Positions 1 to 10,462 of a DNA stretch of 39,129 nucleotides are shown in pieces. Position 1 is the first letter of the stretch, and every line of letters starts with the position of its first letter. The translations under genes and the position numbers were made by a program. This DNA is from Octopus bimaculoides (lineage: Eukaryota): NCBI RefSeq assembly GCF_001194135.2, contig NC_068996.1:53136767-53175895 (forward strand), read 5' to 3'. The notes under the pieces are model-generated. The model did not search any database, was not told where the DNA came from, and saw only the letters and a list, made by a program, of their open reading frames with translations.

Positions 1-138
1 TGTGTCACTGGTGTAAAGCTTACCAAAGTGGAGGTAAATGACATCCTATGTTGTAGGTCCCTACCTAAGCATAAGGAATACCATCTAAGTGGTGCAGGGG
101 CTGTGATTGACAGTCTCTATCACCGACGATTTTTCTCT

Positions 139-437
139 AGGCACCCAGTGGTTAGTGCAGGGGACTCGCGGTTTCGATTCCCAGACCGGGCGTTGTGGGT
201 GTTTATTGAGCGAAAACACCTAAAAGCTCCACGAGGCTCCGGCAGGGGATGGTGGCGAACCCTGCTGTACTCTTCCATCACAACATTCTCTCACTCTAAC
301 TTCCTGTTTCTGTTGTGCTTGTAATTGGGTACACGTGTCTGTGGTGTGCTCAGCCACTTGCACATTAATTTCACGAGTAGGCTGCTCCATTGATTGGATC
401 AACTAGAACCCTCGTCTTCGTAAACGACGGAGTGCCA
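139..437 (+). mobile_element. tRNA-derived SINE, family C (tail ...gacggagtgcca)
   Basis: A-box-like cagtggttag and B-box-like gtttcgattccc. The body is shared with 8520-8720. Confidence 0.75.
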
Positions 438-973
438 GGATATAATGCAATAATGCCTGTGTGATGGATTCACCTGTCGATTGCGATGTGCATGCATCCA
501 TTGGCTGTTCGACCAGACAGACACGCCATTCATTGAATTAGTGTGCGAAGAGTCTGATTAAACGTAATTCTTGGGTAGAATCAACGTGACACGGCGAGGC
601 AAGGCTGTACCTTATACGCACACCCAACACATATCACCAGTTTGACAAGGTGAAAGTGGAGCGTTAGCCCAAATGGTTTATCTCTTTTTGAGAAAGTAGG
701 TTGTTGCTTTTAGCAACGGTTCGTTGTTGTTGTGTAGCCTTGGCTGAGTTATATGGCATCCAGATCGGTCAACCGAACGATGAGTCACCACATACATAAC
801 TAGCTTCCTTGTTAAATAAGTTCACCGTTTGAAACAAAGACCGTACTGCACTACACTGTGACATGCAGGGAAGAGTCTATGGAGTGCAGTGTGTTAATCT
901 GTGCATGTTGCTCTCACTCCACTATCCTGTTTATTTCTGTACACCCGTAATTTATGGTGATGACTACACAATA

Positions 974-1100
974 CAGGATGTCCACAAGGTCTGGGTACAT
1001 AGAGTAAATAAACTCATAACATAAACAATTAAATATAAGAAATAATAATTTCTTAAAGTATGTGTTAATCCCCATGTACCCAAACTTTGTGGACACCCTG
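974..1100. mobile_element. Tc1/mariner-type MITE (127 bp)
   Basis: 27-bp TIRs CAGGATGTCCACAAGGTCTGGGTACAT / CAGGGTGTCCACAAAGTTTGGGTACAT (24/27), flanked by TA on both sides. Confidence 0.85.
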
Positions 1101-1310
1101 TAGTATAGCATTTGCTTTGCCCGTCCTGTGCATTGACCAGTTGTCCCCTCCCTTAAACATATCTTAAAATGCACAAATCGCGCTCTATTCACTCCGCTAA
1201 TATCACGTCGTGTTATTGTGTTCACAGTTGAACTCGGGGTGGAATTCTCTTTTAAGCACTCCATATGACTTCCCAAAAATTTTTTTTTATTTGGGGGGAA
1301 TTTTCAGTAA

Positions 1311-1982
1311 NNNNNNNNNNNNNNNNNNNNNNNNNNNNNNNNNNNNNNNNNNNNNNNNNNNNNNNNNNNNNNNNNNNNNNNNNNNNNNNNNNNNNNNNNN
1401 NNNNNNNNNNNNNNNNNNNNNNNNNNNNNNNNNNNNNNNNNNNNNNNNNNNNNNNNNNNNNNNNNNNNNNNNNNNNNNNNNNNNNNNNNNNNNNNNNNNN
1501 NNNNNNNNNNNNNNNNNNNNNNNNNNNNNNNNNNNNNNNNNNNNNNNNNNNNNNNNNNNNNNNNNNNNNNNNNNNNNNNNNNNNNNNNNNNNNNNNNNNN
1601 NNNNNNNNNNNNNNNNNNNNNNNNNNNNNNNNNNNNNNNNNNNNNNNNNNNNNNNNNNNNNNNNNNNNNNNNNNNNNNNNNNNNNNNNNNNNNNNNNNNN
1701 NNNNNNNNNNNNNNNNNNNNNNNNNNNNNNNNNNNNNNNNNNNNNNNNNNNNNNNNNNNNNNNNNNNNNNNNNNNNNNNNNNNNNNNNNNNNNNNNNNNN
1801 NNNNNNNNNNNNNNNNNNNNNNNNNNNNNNNNNNNNNNNNNNNNNNNNNNNNNNNNNNNNNNNNNNNNNNNNNNNNNNNNNNNNNNNNNNNNNNNNNNNN
1901 NNNNNNNNNNNNNNNNNNNNNNNNNNNNNNNNNNNNNNNNNNNNNNNNNNNNNNNNNNNNNNNNNNNNNNNNNNNNNNNNNN
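1311..1982. other. Assembly gap (others: 13790-14158, 15544-15587, 17968-18253, 26306-26589, 29833-29842, 31991-32706, 33494-33604)
   Basis: N runs, mostly next to microsatellites or repeats. Confidence 1.
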
Positions 1983-2196
1983 ATATATATATATATATAT
2001 ATAAGTGCGTGTGTATGTTTGTGTGTCTGTGTTTGTCCCCTCAACAACGCTTGACAACCGATGCTGGTGTGTTTACGTCCCCGATAGAATAAGTATTAGG
2101 CTTACAAAGAATAAGTCCTGGGGTCGATTTGCTCAACTAAAGGTAGTGCTCCAGCATGGCCGCAGTCAAATGACTGAAACAAGTAAAAGAGTAAAT
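1983..2196 (+). mobile_element. Family B SINE, 3' half (5' part in gap)
   Basis: gcttgacaaccgatgctggtgtg...ccagcatggccgcagtcaaatgactgaaacaagtaaaagagt. Confidence 0.85.
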
Positions 2197-2493
2197 AGAA
2201 AAAAGTTATGAGGGATTATACGAGGTGCCTAAACCAGAATTCCACCAAAGTGAGAAAAGTTGACTCAATCAGAGCATAACAGTTGTCATTTCCCAACCCT
2301 TACTATTCAGTGATGTGCATCTTTGTAGAGTGTTCGTGGCCAGTGACTCTATTAATATCGCTGCTATTTCCAGATATAAATCACCCAGCTTTTATGCTTT
2401 GTTCAGGCTAAGAGAGGGATAAATGTTTTTTTTAAAGGTGTTTGAATGTGTGTGTGAACGGGTTTTTGGACGTGGTTTTTAATGCTGTGACAG

Positions 2494-2548
2494 AGACTGC
2501 AAGCATTACAATTCGTTAAACATCAAACTCAGCTTTCTGTATATCCAG
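2494..2548 (+). CDS. PEPM: Candidate further-upstream PEPM exon (RLQALQFVKHQTQLSVYP, phase 1 end)
   Basis: Possible acceptor gtttttaatgctgtgacag| and weak donor CAG|gtggct. Its phase is compatible with 13554 (G+CA = Ala). It has no acidic residues and lies in a CpG-retaining region. There is no homology support. Confidence 0.3.
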
Positions 2549-3231
2549 GTGGCTTTACATTTTTATGTTAATGCTTCGGTGCGTGCGTGTGTATAAATTC
2601 TTACGGTGCATAGCGTGCGATCCTTTTATTCTTTGAAGTTTATTGTGGTTTTGTTACGGAGAGATAGTGGGGGTACAGGGTAGGATTGATATATCATGAT
2701 GAATTTAATGTCTTGTTTGTACTCCGTTATATTTTTTTTTACATATTTCGCTCTTATGTTTGCACGTTTTTTGTATTAGTTTTGTTTGTTTGTTTTTATG
2801 GAGGTTGTGAGGAAGTTGTAACTTTTAGTATATTGTCTTCTGTGGTGTTCTATGTTATTTCTTATGAGGGTTGGTAGAAATCATGTCTTTTGACTTCTCA
2901 TTGATAAATAAAATACTAGTCTATGGAGAACTTTTTGAATAGTTGTCCTCAAAACCTTTATATCAAGAGGATAAAAAGGAGTAGTGTTTTGGGGTTTTTT
3001 TTAATGTTGTCTTAAAGTATTTCTGTGTTTCATGCAACAGAATCCTGAACAATTCAAAACAATTTTCTTCCAAAAATTTCGGTTTTTCCCTCTCCCTTTT
3101 TCCCCTTCCCCTTGAGTGTAGGACTTCCAAAGGAAGCTGTTCCAAAAATTTGCCCGCTCCTCTTCCTCCTCCTCGCCGCCACTGCCACCACCATCACCAC
3201 CACCATCACCACCACCACCATCATCGTCATT

Positions 3232-3685
3232 GACAAACTGGCAGAATCGTTAGCATACCTGGCAAAATGCTTCACAGTATTTCACCTGCCTTTACATTCT
3301 TGGTTCAAATTCCACCAAGGTTGAATTTTTGAATTTGCCTTTCGTCCTTTCAGGGTTGATATAATAAGTACCAGTCAAGATCGGATCTCAATGACATCAA
3401 CTAGTCCCCTCCCCTCAAAATTTCAAGTCTTGTCTTTATAGTAGAAACGGTTATTATTATTATTATTAAAGTGGTGACCAGGTAAAATTGCTAGCATGTT
3501 GGACAAAATGCTGAATGGTATTTCTTGGGCCTTTTTATCTTCTGAGTGCAAAATGCCACTAAGGTCAAATTTACCTTTTGATATTCGTAAAATGAGCACT
3601 GGTCAAGCACTGAGGTTTATATAATCCACTTGTGCCCTCCACTAGAATTGCTGGTCTTGTGCCAAAAATTAGAAAGAATTATTAA
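3232..3685 (+). mobile_element. Two tandem family A SINEs (ctggcagaatcgttagc...tttcatcctttcggggtcgata...agtaccag...(ATT)n)
   Basis: 3232-3468 is recognisable and 3469-3685 is more diverged. The same consensus recurs at the other family A loci. Confidence 0.8.
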
Positions 3686-3854
3686 AAAGGAGATGAAGGA
3701 ATTATTAGTGAGAAGGAGATGGTGAATTTGGTTAATGCAGCAATTTCTGGAGAATTGCAGGAAGATGTGTGTGTGTGTGTAATGTCATCATTGTATGAGA
3801 CAATTTGTATGTTTTGTGTGGAGTATTGAAAATGTCATTAAGTTATAGGCTGAA

Positions 3855-4066
3855 ATAATCTTTTCTACTCTAGGCACAAGGCCCGAAATTTTGGGGGAGA
3901 GGCCAGTCGATTAGACTGACCCCAGTGCGCAACTGGTACTTAATTTATTGACCCTGAAAAGATGAAAGGCAAAGTTGACCCTGGCGGAGTTTGAACTCAG
4001 AACATAAAGACAGACAAAATACCGCTGAGCATTTCACTCGGCATGATAACATTTCTGCCAGCTCGC
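3855..4066 (-). mobile_element. Family A SINE
   Basis: Reverse complement of the family A consensus. It abuts an RTE-tail element at 4067. Confidence 0.85.
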
Positions 4067-4214
4067 TGTGGTTGGCATTAGGAAGGGCATCCAGCTGTAG
4101 AAACTCTGCCAGATCAGATTGGAGCCTGGTGTAGCCATCCGGTTCACCAGTCCTCAGTCAAATCGTCCAACCCATGCTAGCATGGAAAGCGGACATTAAA
4201 CGACGATAATGATG
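4067..4214 (+). mobile_element. RTE-3'UTR-related short element (family D)
   Basis: ttaggaagggcatccagctgtagaaac...ccaacccatgctagcatggaaagcggacattaaa(cgat/gat)n. Confidence 0.8.
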
Positions 4215-4355
4215 AATGGGTGCAAAATGAAAGGATGATCCTTGTGGTTCTTCACTAAAGAAATTATAGGATCTGCAAGTATTGTTGTTCTTGTGCTTGG
4301 CATAAGTTTGGCTGTCTGACATCTAGTTTACTAACCGGACTAATCGTGTTGTTGC

Positions 4356-4569
4356 TTAACCCATTACCATTTAATCCCACCATATCTGGCCCAAATATTC
4401 TACTTGTTTTATGTTTAAACTGACCACACCTACCCTACAATATCATTCTAAAAATATACAATCACAGCATTGAAATCTTGAAGCTACAAGATAATGTGTG
4501 ATTAAATCAAGACAGTGTAAGTAAATGAACCGTATATTTGACAAAGAATTCTGAATGCTAAGACATTAA
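4356..4569. mobile_element. TTAA-flanked (piggyBac-like) MITE
   Basis: ttaaccc...aatgctaa....ttaa ends. Homologous to 11589-11995 and 30164-30384. Confidence 0.65.
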
Positions 4570-4769
4570 GGGAATGTTCAGTACGTTTTCTGTTCTTTTT
4601 CTTTCTTTTTTTTTTTTTATGAATGGAGAGCAGAGAATGGAGTTGAAGGCTTTGTTGATTAATGTTAATAAGAATTAAAACATATTGTGTTTGTTTGTTT
4701 TTTTTCTGTCCATTATTATAACAACCATGTATTTTTTGTGTTAAATTTGTTTGTAATGGGTGGCTAAAT

Positions 4770-5120
4770 GTAGCAGTCTGAATCCATATTGTGACTTGGT
4801 GAGCAGAAAATGTGTGGAAGTGATGTAAAAAGATTAGTTTTCTTAGAACTTCTGAAAATGTGCATAGGAAGGTGATGGGTTTGTATGATGATACTTGGGC
4901 ATTTGTTGGACTTTAGAATTGCAACAGTTTTATCCAGCTTCCAGATTATGGGAATTTAACAATTTTCTAAGCAAAGCGGTTAGGGTTAGTGAATTCAGTG
5001 ACCCCTGCAGGCTGTAGGTATTTAAAGTGTATGGATGTGATTCAGTCTGGTCCTTAGGTCTTTGAGATTTTAGGTTTCTTTGTTTCCTTTTCTGTTTCTG
5101 TTGTAGGAAAGGAATCAGAT
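4770..5120 (-). mobile_element. Decayed non-LTR reverse transcriptase fragment (I/Jockey/CR1-type N-terminal RT motifs)
   Basis: Across frameshifts and stops it reads SKT*GPD*I..HFKYL, PIIWKLDKTVAILKSNK, SYKPITFLCTFSEVLRKLI and LLTKSQYGFR. These resemble the GPDGI, WKxAxVxPIxK, YRPISLL and QxGFR motifs. Confidence 0.75.
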
Positions 5121-6883
5121 CCATGGTCTAGATCAAAGGTACCTGCTATTCGTTTTGTGTTTCTGTCTTCTTTGTGTAGCTTTTGGTGGCTGATTTTCAA
5201 GAAATGTCTAAGTCTGGTTGCCTGCTTTCTTGCAGGTATATCATTTGCCATTGTTGTGACATGGGATGTGGTGCGAACATTGGTATTGTTGCTGATGATA
5301 AGAATTTCTCCATATAACATTTTACTGTTGGTTGACTCATACTTTTAAATTGTCAGATTGAACAATTAGGAATTAATCAGTATACACACTGAAAAGATAT
5401 TGTCACTTGATGGTGGCAGTAATCTAATCAAGATTTTGGAGTTTTAGAATAGCATTCCCTCAAAGACTCATATCTCACAGGAAAAGAAAAGGGTATTTTT
5501 TTAGTATTCATACAACAGAAATTACAATTCTACAGAGCAATTTTTTACATATTGCACCCAGGTTCATATAATTTTCCTTTCCCATGAAATATGGGACCTT
5601 GATGACCAGCTATTGTAAAATTTCACCAAGATTTTTACATTTGTTAGCCTGTCCAATTTTTAGTGGTTTATTCTCATGCCACTCCTAACACTTTAGTAGA
5701 CAAGAAAGATTGCAGCTCAGTAACGAACAACAGCTTTGACACATAGGATTAGCTTGACTTAATTGTTTGCCAATAGTATTTTAGCTACAATCATTCAATC
5801 ATATGACTTTGAATGGAAATTTCCATGAGTTTTTCACCAAAACATAGCTATAAATTGAGATGCATGCCACACATTAGACAGAAGCAGCAGAAGTTCATAA
5901 GAAAAAAACGTTTCTTGGTCACTACTCAACCCCAGGTTAAAAAGAAATCATTTGTCTACAATGAACACAGAATTTTCTTGCCTCTCACAACATGAAGACA
6001 TAGCTATTATTCCTAGCAAGTATGTGGTCATATCTCTAGTAATAAAGGTTTATCTAGATGCTTCTGGCATGCAGCTTATTCTTGGCAGAAGCCTCTGTTT
6101 ATATTTCTGTAAATAAATGGTTTCCTTGAAAACATCAAATGAACTTGGTTTTGATATGGGTAACAACGCACCCAGAATTAACCCTACCACTCATTCAACA
6201 TCCATTTAATCAAGTTCCTAAAAGTATCTCTTAAGAACCTTTTTTAATGTTACAGCAATTAGCATTGTTATTAGAATTATTAAGGTAATAATAATCAAGT
6301 ATTTATGAAAGGAATCCAGCCAGTGTGATGCAAGAATATTATTGATAGAAAGAGGGAGATAATTCTAAATGAAGTTCTGAAAATTTAACATTCTACTACA
6401 ATTCCTTGAATTTGGTGCCTGACTATTCTAAATTCCATACAAGAATAGTTTTGTTTATAGTATCTCACTAATAGTTTCATTTTCATTTAACACTTAGCAT
6501 TATATGATCTGCCATAATAATTTTTAAATAAATTCCATAGATTTTTTGGTTGCTATTTCCGGTAGCTTTGATCTTTATCCAGCAGTGCTGTGGAACAAAC
6601 ACATCACTTAACTGGCCTTTAACATTTTTTTTTTTTTTGAAAATTTCTTTGAATTTATATATTTCTAACATGGAAGACTACAACAATTGAAAAAAAAAAA
6701 ATTTTTATTTATTTTATCCTCACTTCTTACAACAATTATAACAACTCTGCCACAAATGTTTTTGATGCTTTCAAATAAAAATAAAAGAAAATGAAAGTCA
6801 CACAATGTATGTTCAGTTCTATATTTAAGAGATGAGGAATTATTTACATTTGATGGATATTTGTCTTCATCTGGTTTGTTGTT

Positions 6884-6929
6884 AACACAACGTTTCGACT
6901 GATATACCCTCCAGCCTTCATCAGGTGTC
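6884..6929 (-). ncRNA. Minimal type I hammerhead ribozyme motif (Penelope-type)
   Basis: The minus strand reads GACAC-CTGATGA-A-GGCTG-gagggtatat-CAGTC-GAAAC-GTT-GTGTT. It has the core CUGAUGA and GAAA, stem II GGCUG/CAGUC, stem I GACAC/GUGUU, a palindromic ACGU stem III and a GUU cleavage triplet. Confidence 0.75.
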
Positions 6930-7170
6930 TTGGGGAAATTTCAAACCTGGGTTCTCATTCCTAATGTATTTTTCAAAGATATTATTATGATTATTATTAT
7001 TATTATTATTATTCAGATCACTGCCTGGAATCGAACTCAGAATCTTGGGGTTAAGAGTGCAGGCTACTGACCACAAGATTCCAAGTTCGATTCCAGGCAG
7101 TGACCTGAATAATAATAATAACATCGAAAAATACCTTAGGAATGAGAACCCAGGTTCGAAATTTCCCCAA

Positions 7171-7216
7171 GACACCTGATGAAGGCTGGAGGGTATATCA
7201 GTTGAAATGTTGTGTT
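7171..7216 (+). ncRNA. Degenerate hammerhead motif copy
   Basis: GACAC-CTGATGA-AGGCTG-gagggtatat-CAGTT-GAAAT-GTT-GTGTT. C-to-T changes weaken stem II and stem III. Confidence 0.55.
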
Positions 7217-8333
7217 AACAACAAACGAGATGAGGACAAATATCCGTCAAATGTAAATAATGTAAATAATGCACACAATGTATTGTATATTTTTCATTTT
7301 GAAATATTTCAATTTCAAATGCTTAACTCTAGGATATTTGACAACATGAATTTTTTTTGTTCATAAAGACATTGGAATTATGGCATTAACAATCATTTGG
7401 AATAAACATTATTATCCAATGTTATCATTTGCTTTCAATTTCTTGGATTTCAACAAAAACATTTTTACAAATAAGTCATTGCATTTGAAAAAAGAAAATT
7501 TATAAATGAATTGTTATGAATTTGACTAAAATATCTGACATATTTTCTATTTTTATTTTCCATCTTTCATGTTATTGTCTTAATTTGACAACAAATTAGT
7601 TTGATTTAAACGAAAATGTTTCAGAGCTTTTACTGTCTGAAACAGACTTTCTTTTTCAAAATAAAACAAATAGTAAATGTTATCAATTTCAAAATAAAAA
7701 TTAAGCAGTTTACTATACTTTGTGTTGTTGTGAGAAAATATAACATTTTTTCATTCTTGACTTTTTTCTGAAATATCTTTTTTTTTTTCACTGTTTCAAA
7801 AATGCAAAGGAAGTCAAAAATGAAAAGATTACAGGGAGGAGGGTTTTAAAACTTCGACATCTTGAACATTTTTTTTCTATAGAATCTTGATTTTTTCAAA
7901 ACATAGAAATCTAGAATTCTTGAAAAAGTTAATAAGCAAGTTATAGCCAGATCAGTGATCTATTTATTCCAAAACTCCGCTCATTGTTCATTTTTATTTT
8001 GCATTTGAATTTTTCTTTCTAAAGCTGAAGCTTCTTTCTATGTGGCTTTATGTTTGATAAGTAAAACCAAACTCGCACACTAAATTCAATTCCTACTTTA
8101 TCATCTGCCTTTTGTTGTTCATGTTTCCACCAAGCTGCGTATGTGACTGTAGACAACTATAAGACATGGATGTTACAAATATTAAATATAAAAAAAGTAA
8201 ACAGGGTCCCTATTGACAAATATTGTTCATTTGAAAAAGATGATAATTTGCTAATGTAAACACTGACTTTCCTTTTCTTTTGGGGCCATTACAATTGAAT
8301 TTTATACCCATTGCTAGAAAATGGCTTCAGGCC

Positions 8334-8722
8334 TGCCACTTCATTGGTTACAGTGATGAGGGTTCCAGTTGATCTGACCAACGGAACAGCCTGCTCATGA
8401 AATTAACGTGCAAGTGGCTGAGCACCCCACAAACACATATACCCATAACGTAATTCTCAGGGAGATTCATCATGACACAGAGTGTGACAAGGCTGGCTTT
8501 TGAAATACAGGTACTACGAACTCTGGCGAACCCTGCTGTACTCTTTCACCACAACTTTCTCTCACTCTTTCTTCCTGTTTCTGTTGTGCCTGTAATTTAA
8601 AGGGTCAGCCTTGTCACACTCTGTGGAGTGCTCAGCCGCTTACACATTAATTTTACAAGCAAGCTGTTCCACTGATTGTATCAGCTGGGACCCTTGTCTT
8701 CGTAAACGACGGAGTGCCGTAG
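8334..8722. mobile_element. Two family C SINE fragments in opposite orientation
   Basis: 8334-8518 (-) and 8520-8722 (+) both contain the gctcagccacttgcacgttaatttc-type tail. Confidence 0.75.
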
Positions 8723-9391
8723 TAATATCCTTTTATGTTCTGATGATAAGAAAGGTTGGATGTGGGTGGGGGAGTGTCAATAAAATAAGAACCAGGCACA
8801 TAATGAGTGGAATGGCTGAGGGTTGGGTTATATCCTTTCCCCAAAATTAGAGATTGTGTGCCAAAGTTAAAACTCAGTGCAAATTTTAGGTAGTTTTAGG
8901 AAGATAGATTGGCAAAACTGATAATGTTTGCATTCTTTGTCATTTCATATTTTCAGTTTAGATGCTGCTGGTGGTAAATATACTTTCTATGGATTGATAA
9001 AATAAACATTATTACTATATATAGTAATATACTGCATCGTTTATGTTAATTATACACCCTAGCTTACTCCACAAAGTTGCTATTGTAAGTTGGAAGATTC
9101 CTATCACAAGTTTTGATGAATGTGAGAAGTGTGCTATGCTTAAATATGAAAAATCTGTCCTGCAAATTCTATTTATAGTTTTCAGAATTATACCTCTCTC
9201 TTGTTGGTGTATTACATCAGCTGGGAGATTCCTGCTAAGCAATCTAAGAGTTAGGAATGCTTTTTGAGGAAATGATGTGAATAATGAGATCTAACTGATG
9301 TCTGGAAATGGGATATTTTGTGTAGCAGTGATAAAGACTGCTGTATTTCAACCACGAATCCTTTACCTTACTCAGATATATACAGAAGTCT

Positions 9392-9515
9392 AGGACATTT
9401 ACCCACTATGGACAATAATCCCCTGAGGATAACAGATGATGATTTAAAACTTTTTAATATATTGGAGAGGGGGTAATTGTCCTAGGGGGGATTATCCTAT
9501 GTGGGTAATTGTCCT
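9392..9515. mobile_element. Small foldback/MITE with repeated ggaca(a)ttaccc motifs
   Basis: aggacatttacccac / gtgggtaattgtcct terminal inverted pair, plus internal ggacaataatcccct / agggggtaattgtcc. Confidence 0.55.
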
Positions 9516-9660
9516 GATATGATATACAGTTGTGAACAAAAGTTTGGAACATTTAAAAAAAATTTTAATTGTTATACCTAAGTATAATTCGATTGAAATA
9601 TATACAATGTAGAGCTATACTTACATAATTGATCCAATGGTTCAATATCTAGAAGATATT

Positions 9661-9770
9661 GCCTTTCATCCTTTCGGGATCAATGAATTAAGTACCAGTT
9701 GTGTACTGGAGTCAATCTAATCAACTGACCTCTCTCCAAAAATTTCGGCCCTTGTGCCTAGAGTAGAAAA
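9661..9770 (+). mobile_element. Family A SINE, 3' half
   Basis: gcctttcatcctttcggg...agtaccagtt...cttgtgcctagagtagaaa. Confidence 0.8.
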
Positions 9771-9889
9771 ATATATCTAGAAGAAAAAAATAGACAAAAT
9801 CAAAAAAATAATTCTAGGACAAATTACTTTTAATAAACAGAAGCTTGTACATCATGTATACGAAAATATGTCCGAAACCTTTGGCCATG

Positions 9890-9995
<106 letters not shown>

Positions 9996-10326
9996 GCTCT
10001 CTCATATCTTCACTTTGCACTTTAGTGGTATAGATTGTTTTCAAACTATAATTAAAAGCAGACTCCAATGGTTTGCTTCAAATGCTGACATGTAAAACAT
10101 GGTGAACAATTATATGAAATTGTCACCAATAAACTTATTAATGTATGGTTGGTGGGGGGGATTCAGTGGTGGCAGCGGTGATGGTGCTGCTGCTACACAT
10201 TTCTGAACAGTTCATACTCTTATACTAAAACATTACTAAATAAAGTTAAGGATCATAGCAAAAATTAGAAGGTTGTTCTTGTTAGTGTTATCAGATCTGG
10301 TTTGGTTGTACACTGCCAAATAGCTT

Positions 10327-10462
10327 CAGGGAGATTCAGCATGACATAGAATGTGACAAGGTTGGTCCTTTGAATTATGCGTACAACTCAGTTTTGGTAA
10401 CTGAGTGGACTGGAGCAATGTGAAATAATAGGGTGTCTTGCTCAAGGACACAACATGCTGCT
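10327..10462 (-). mobile_element. Family C SINE fragment
   Basis: gagattcagcatgacatagaatgtgacaagg...gtgtcttgctcaaggacacaac. Confidence 0.7.

Larger units (their letters stand above)
6814..7270. mobile_element. Head-to-head inverted duplication of a tRNA-headed, hammerhead-bearing SINE-like element
   Basis: About 6839-7052 is the reverse complement of about 7068-7262. Each arm has a B box (gttcgattcc), an (AAT)n run and a hammerhead. The arms meet at about 7050. Confidence 0.85.

Noticed and set aside
1-138. Possible coding remnant (ORF 28-324; minus-strand DVIYLHFGK resembling the RT motif DVIYLDFxK)
   Set aside because: It is too short and ambiguous, and most of the ORF is SINE sequence.
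755-797. ATG GCA TCC AGA TCG GTC AAC CGA ACG ATG A as PEPM first exon (MASRSVNRTM)
   Set aside because: It is presequence-like and phase-compatible, but the donor (ga|gtcacc) is very poor.
914-1276. 120-aa minus-strand ORF
   Set aside because: It runs through the 974-1100 MITE and has no recognisable domain.
1210-2092. Long ORFs in the track crossing N-gaps (also 13617-14327, 17796-18553, 26294-26824, 31839-32888, 33229-33777)
   Set aside because: They are artefacts of X runs plus SINE or microsatellite flanks.
9525-9551. Tc1-like TIR (TA-CAGTTGTGAACAAAAGTTTGGAACA)
   Set aside because: I saw no partner TIR or transposase nearby, so it cannot be delimited.
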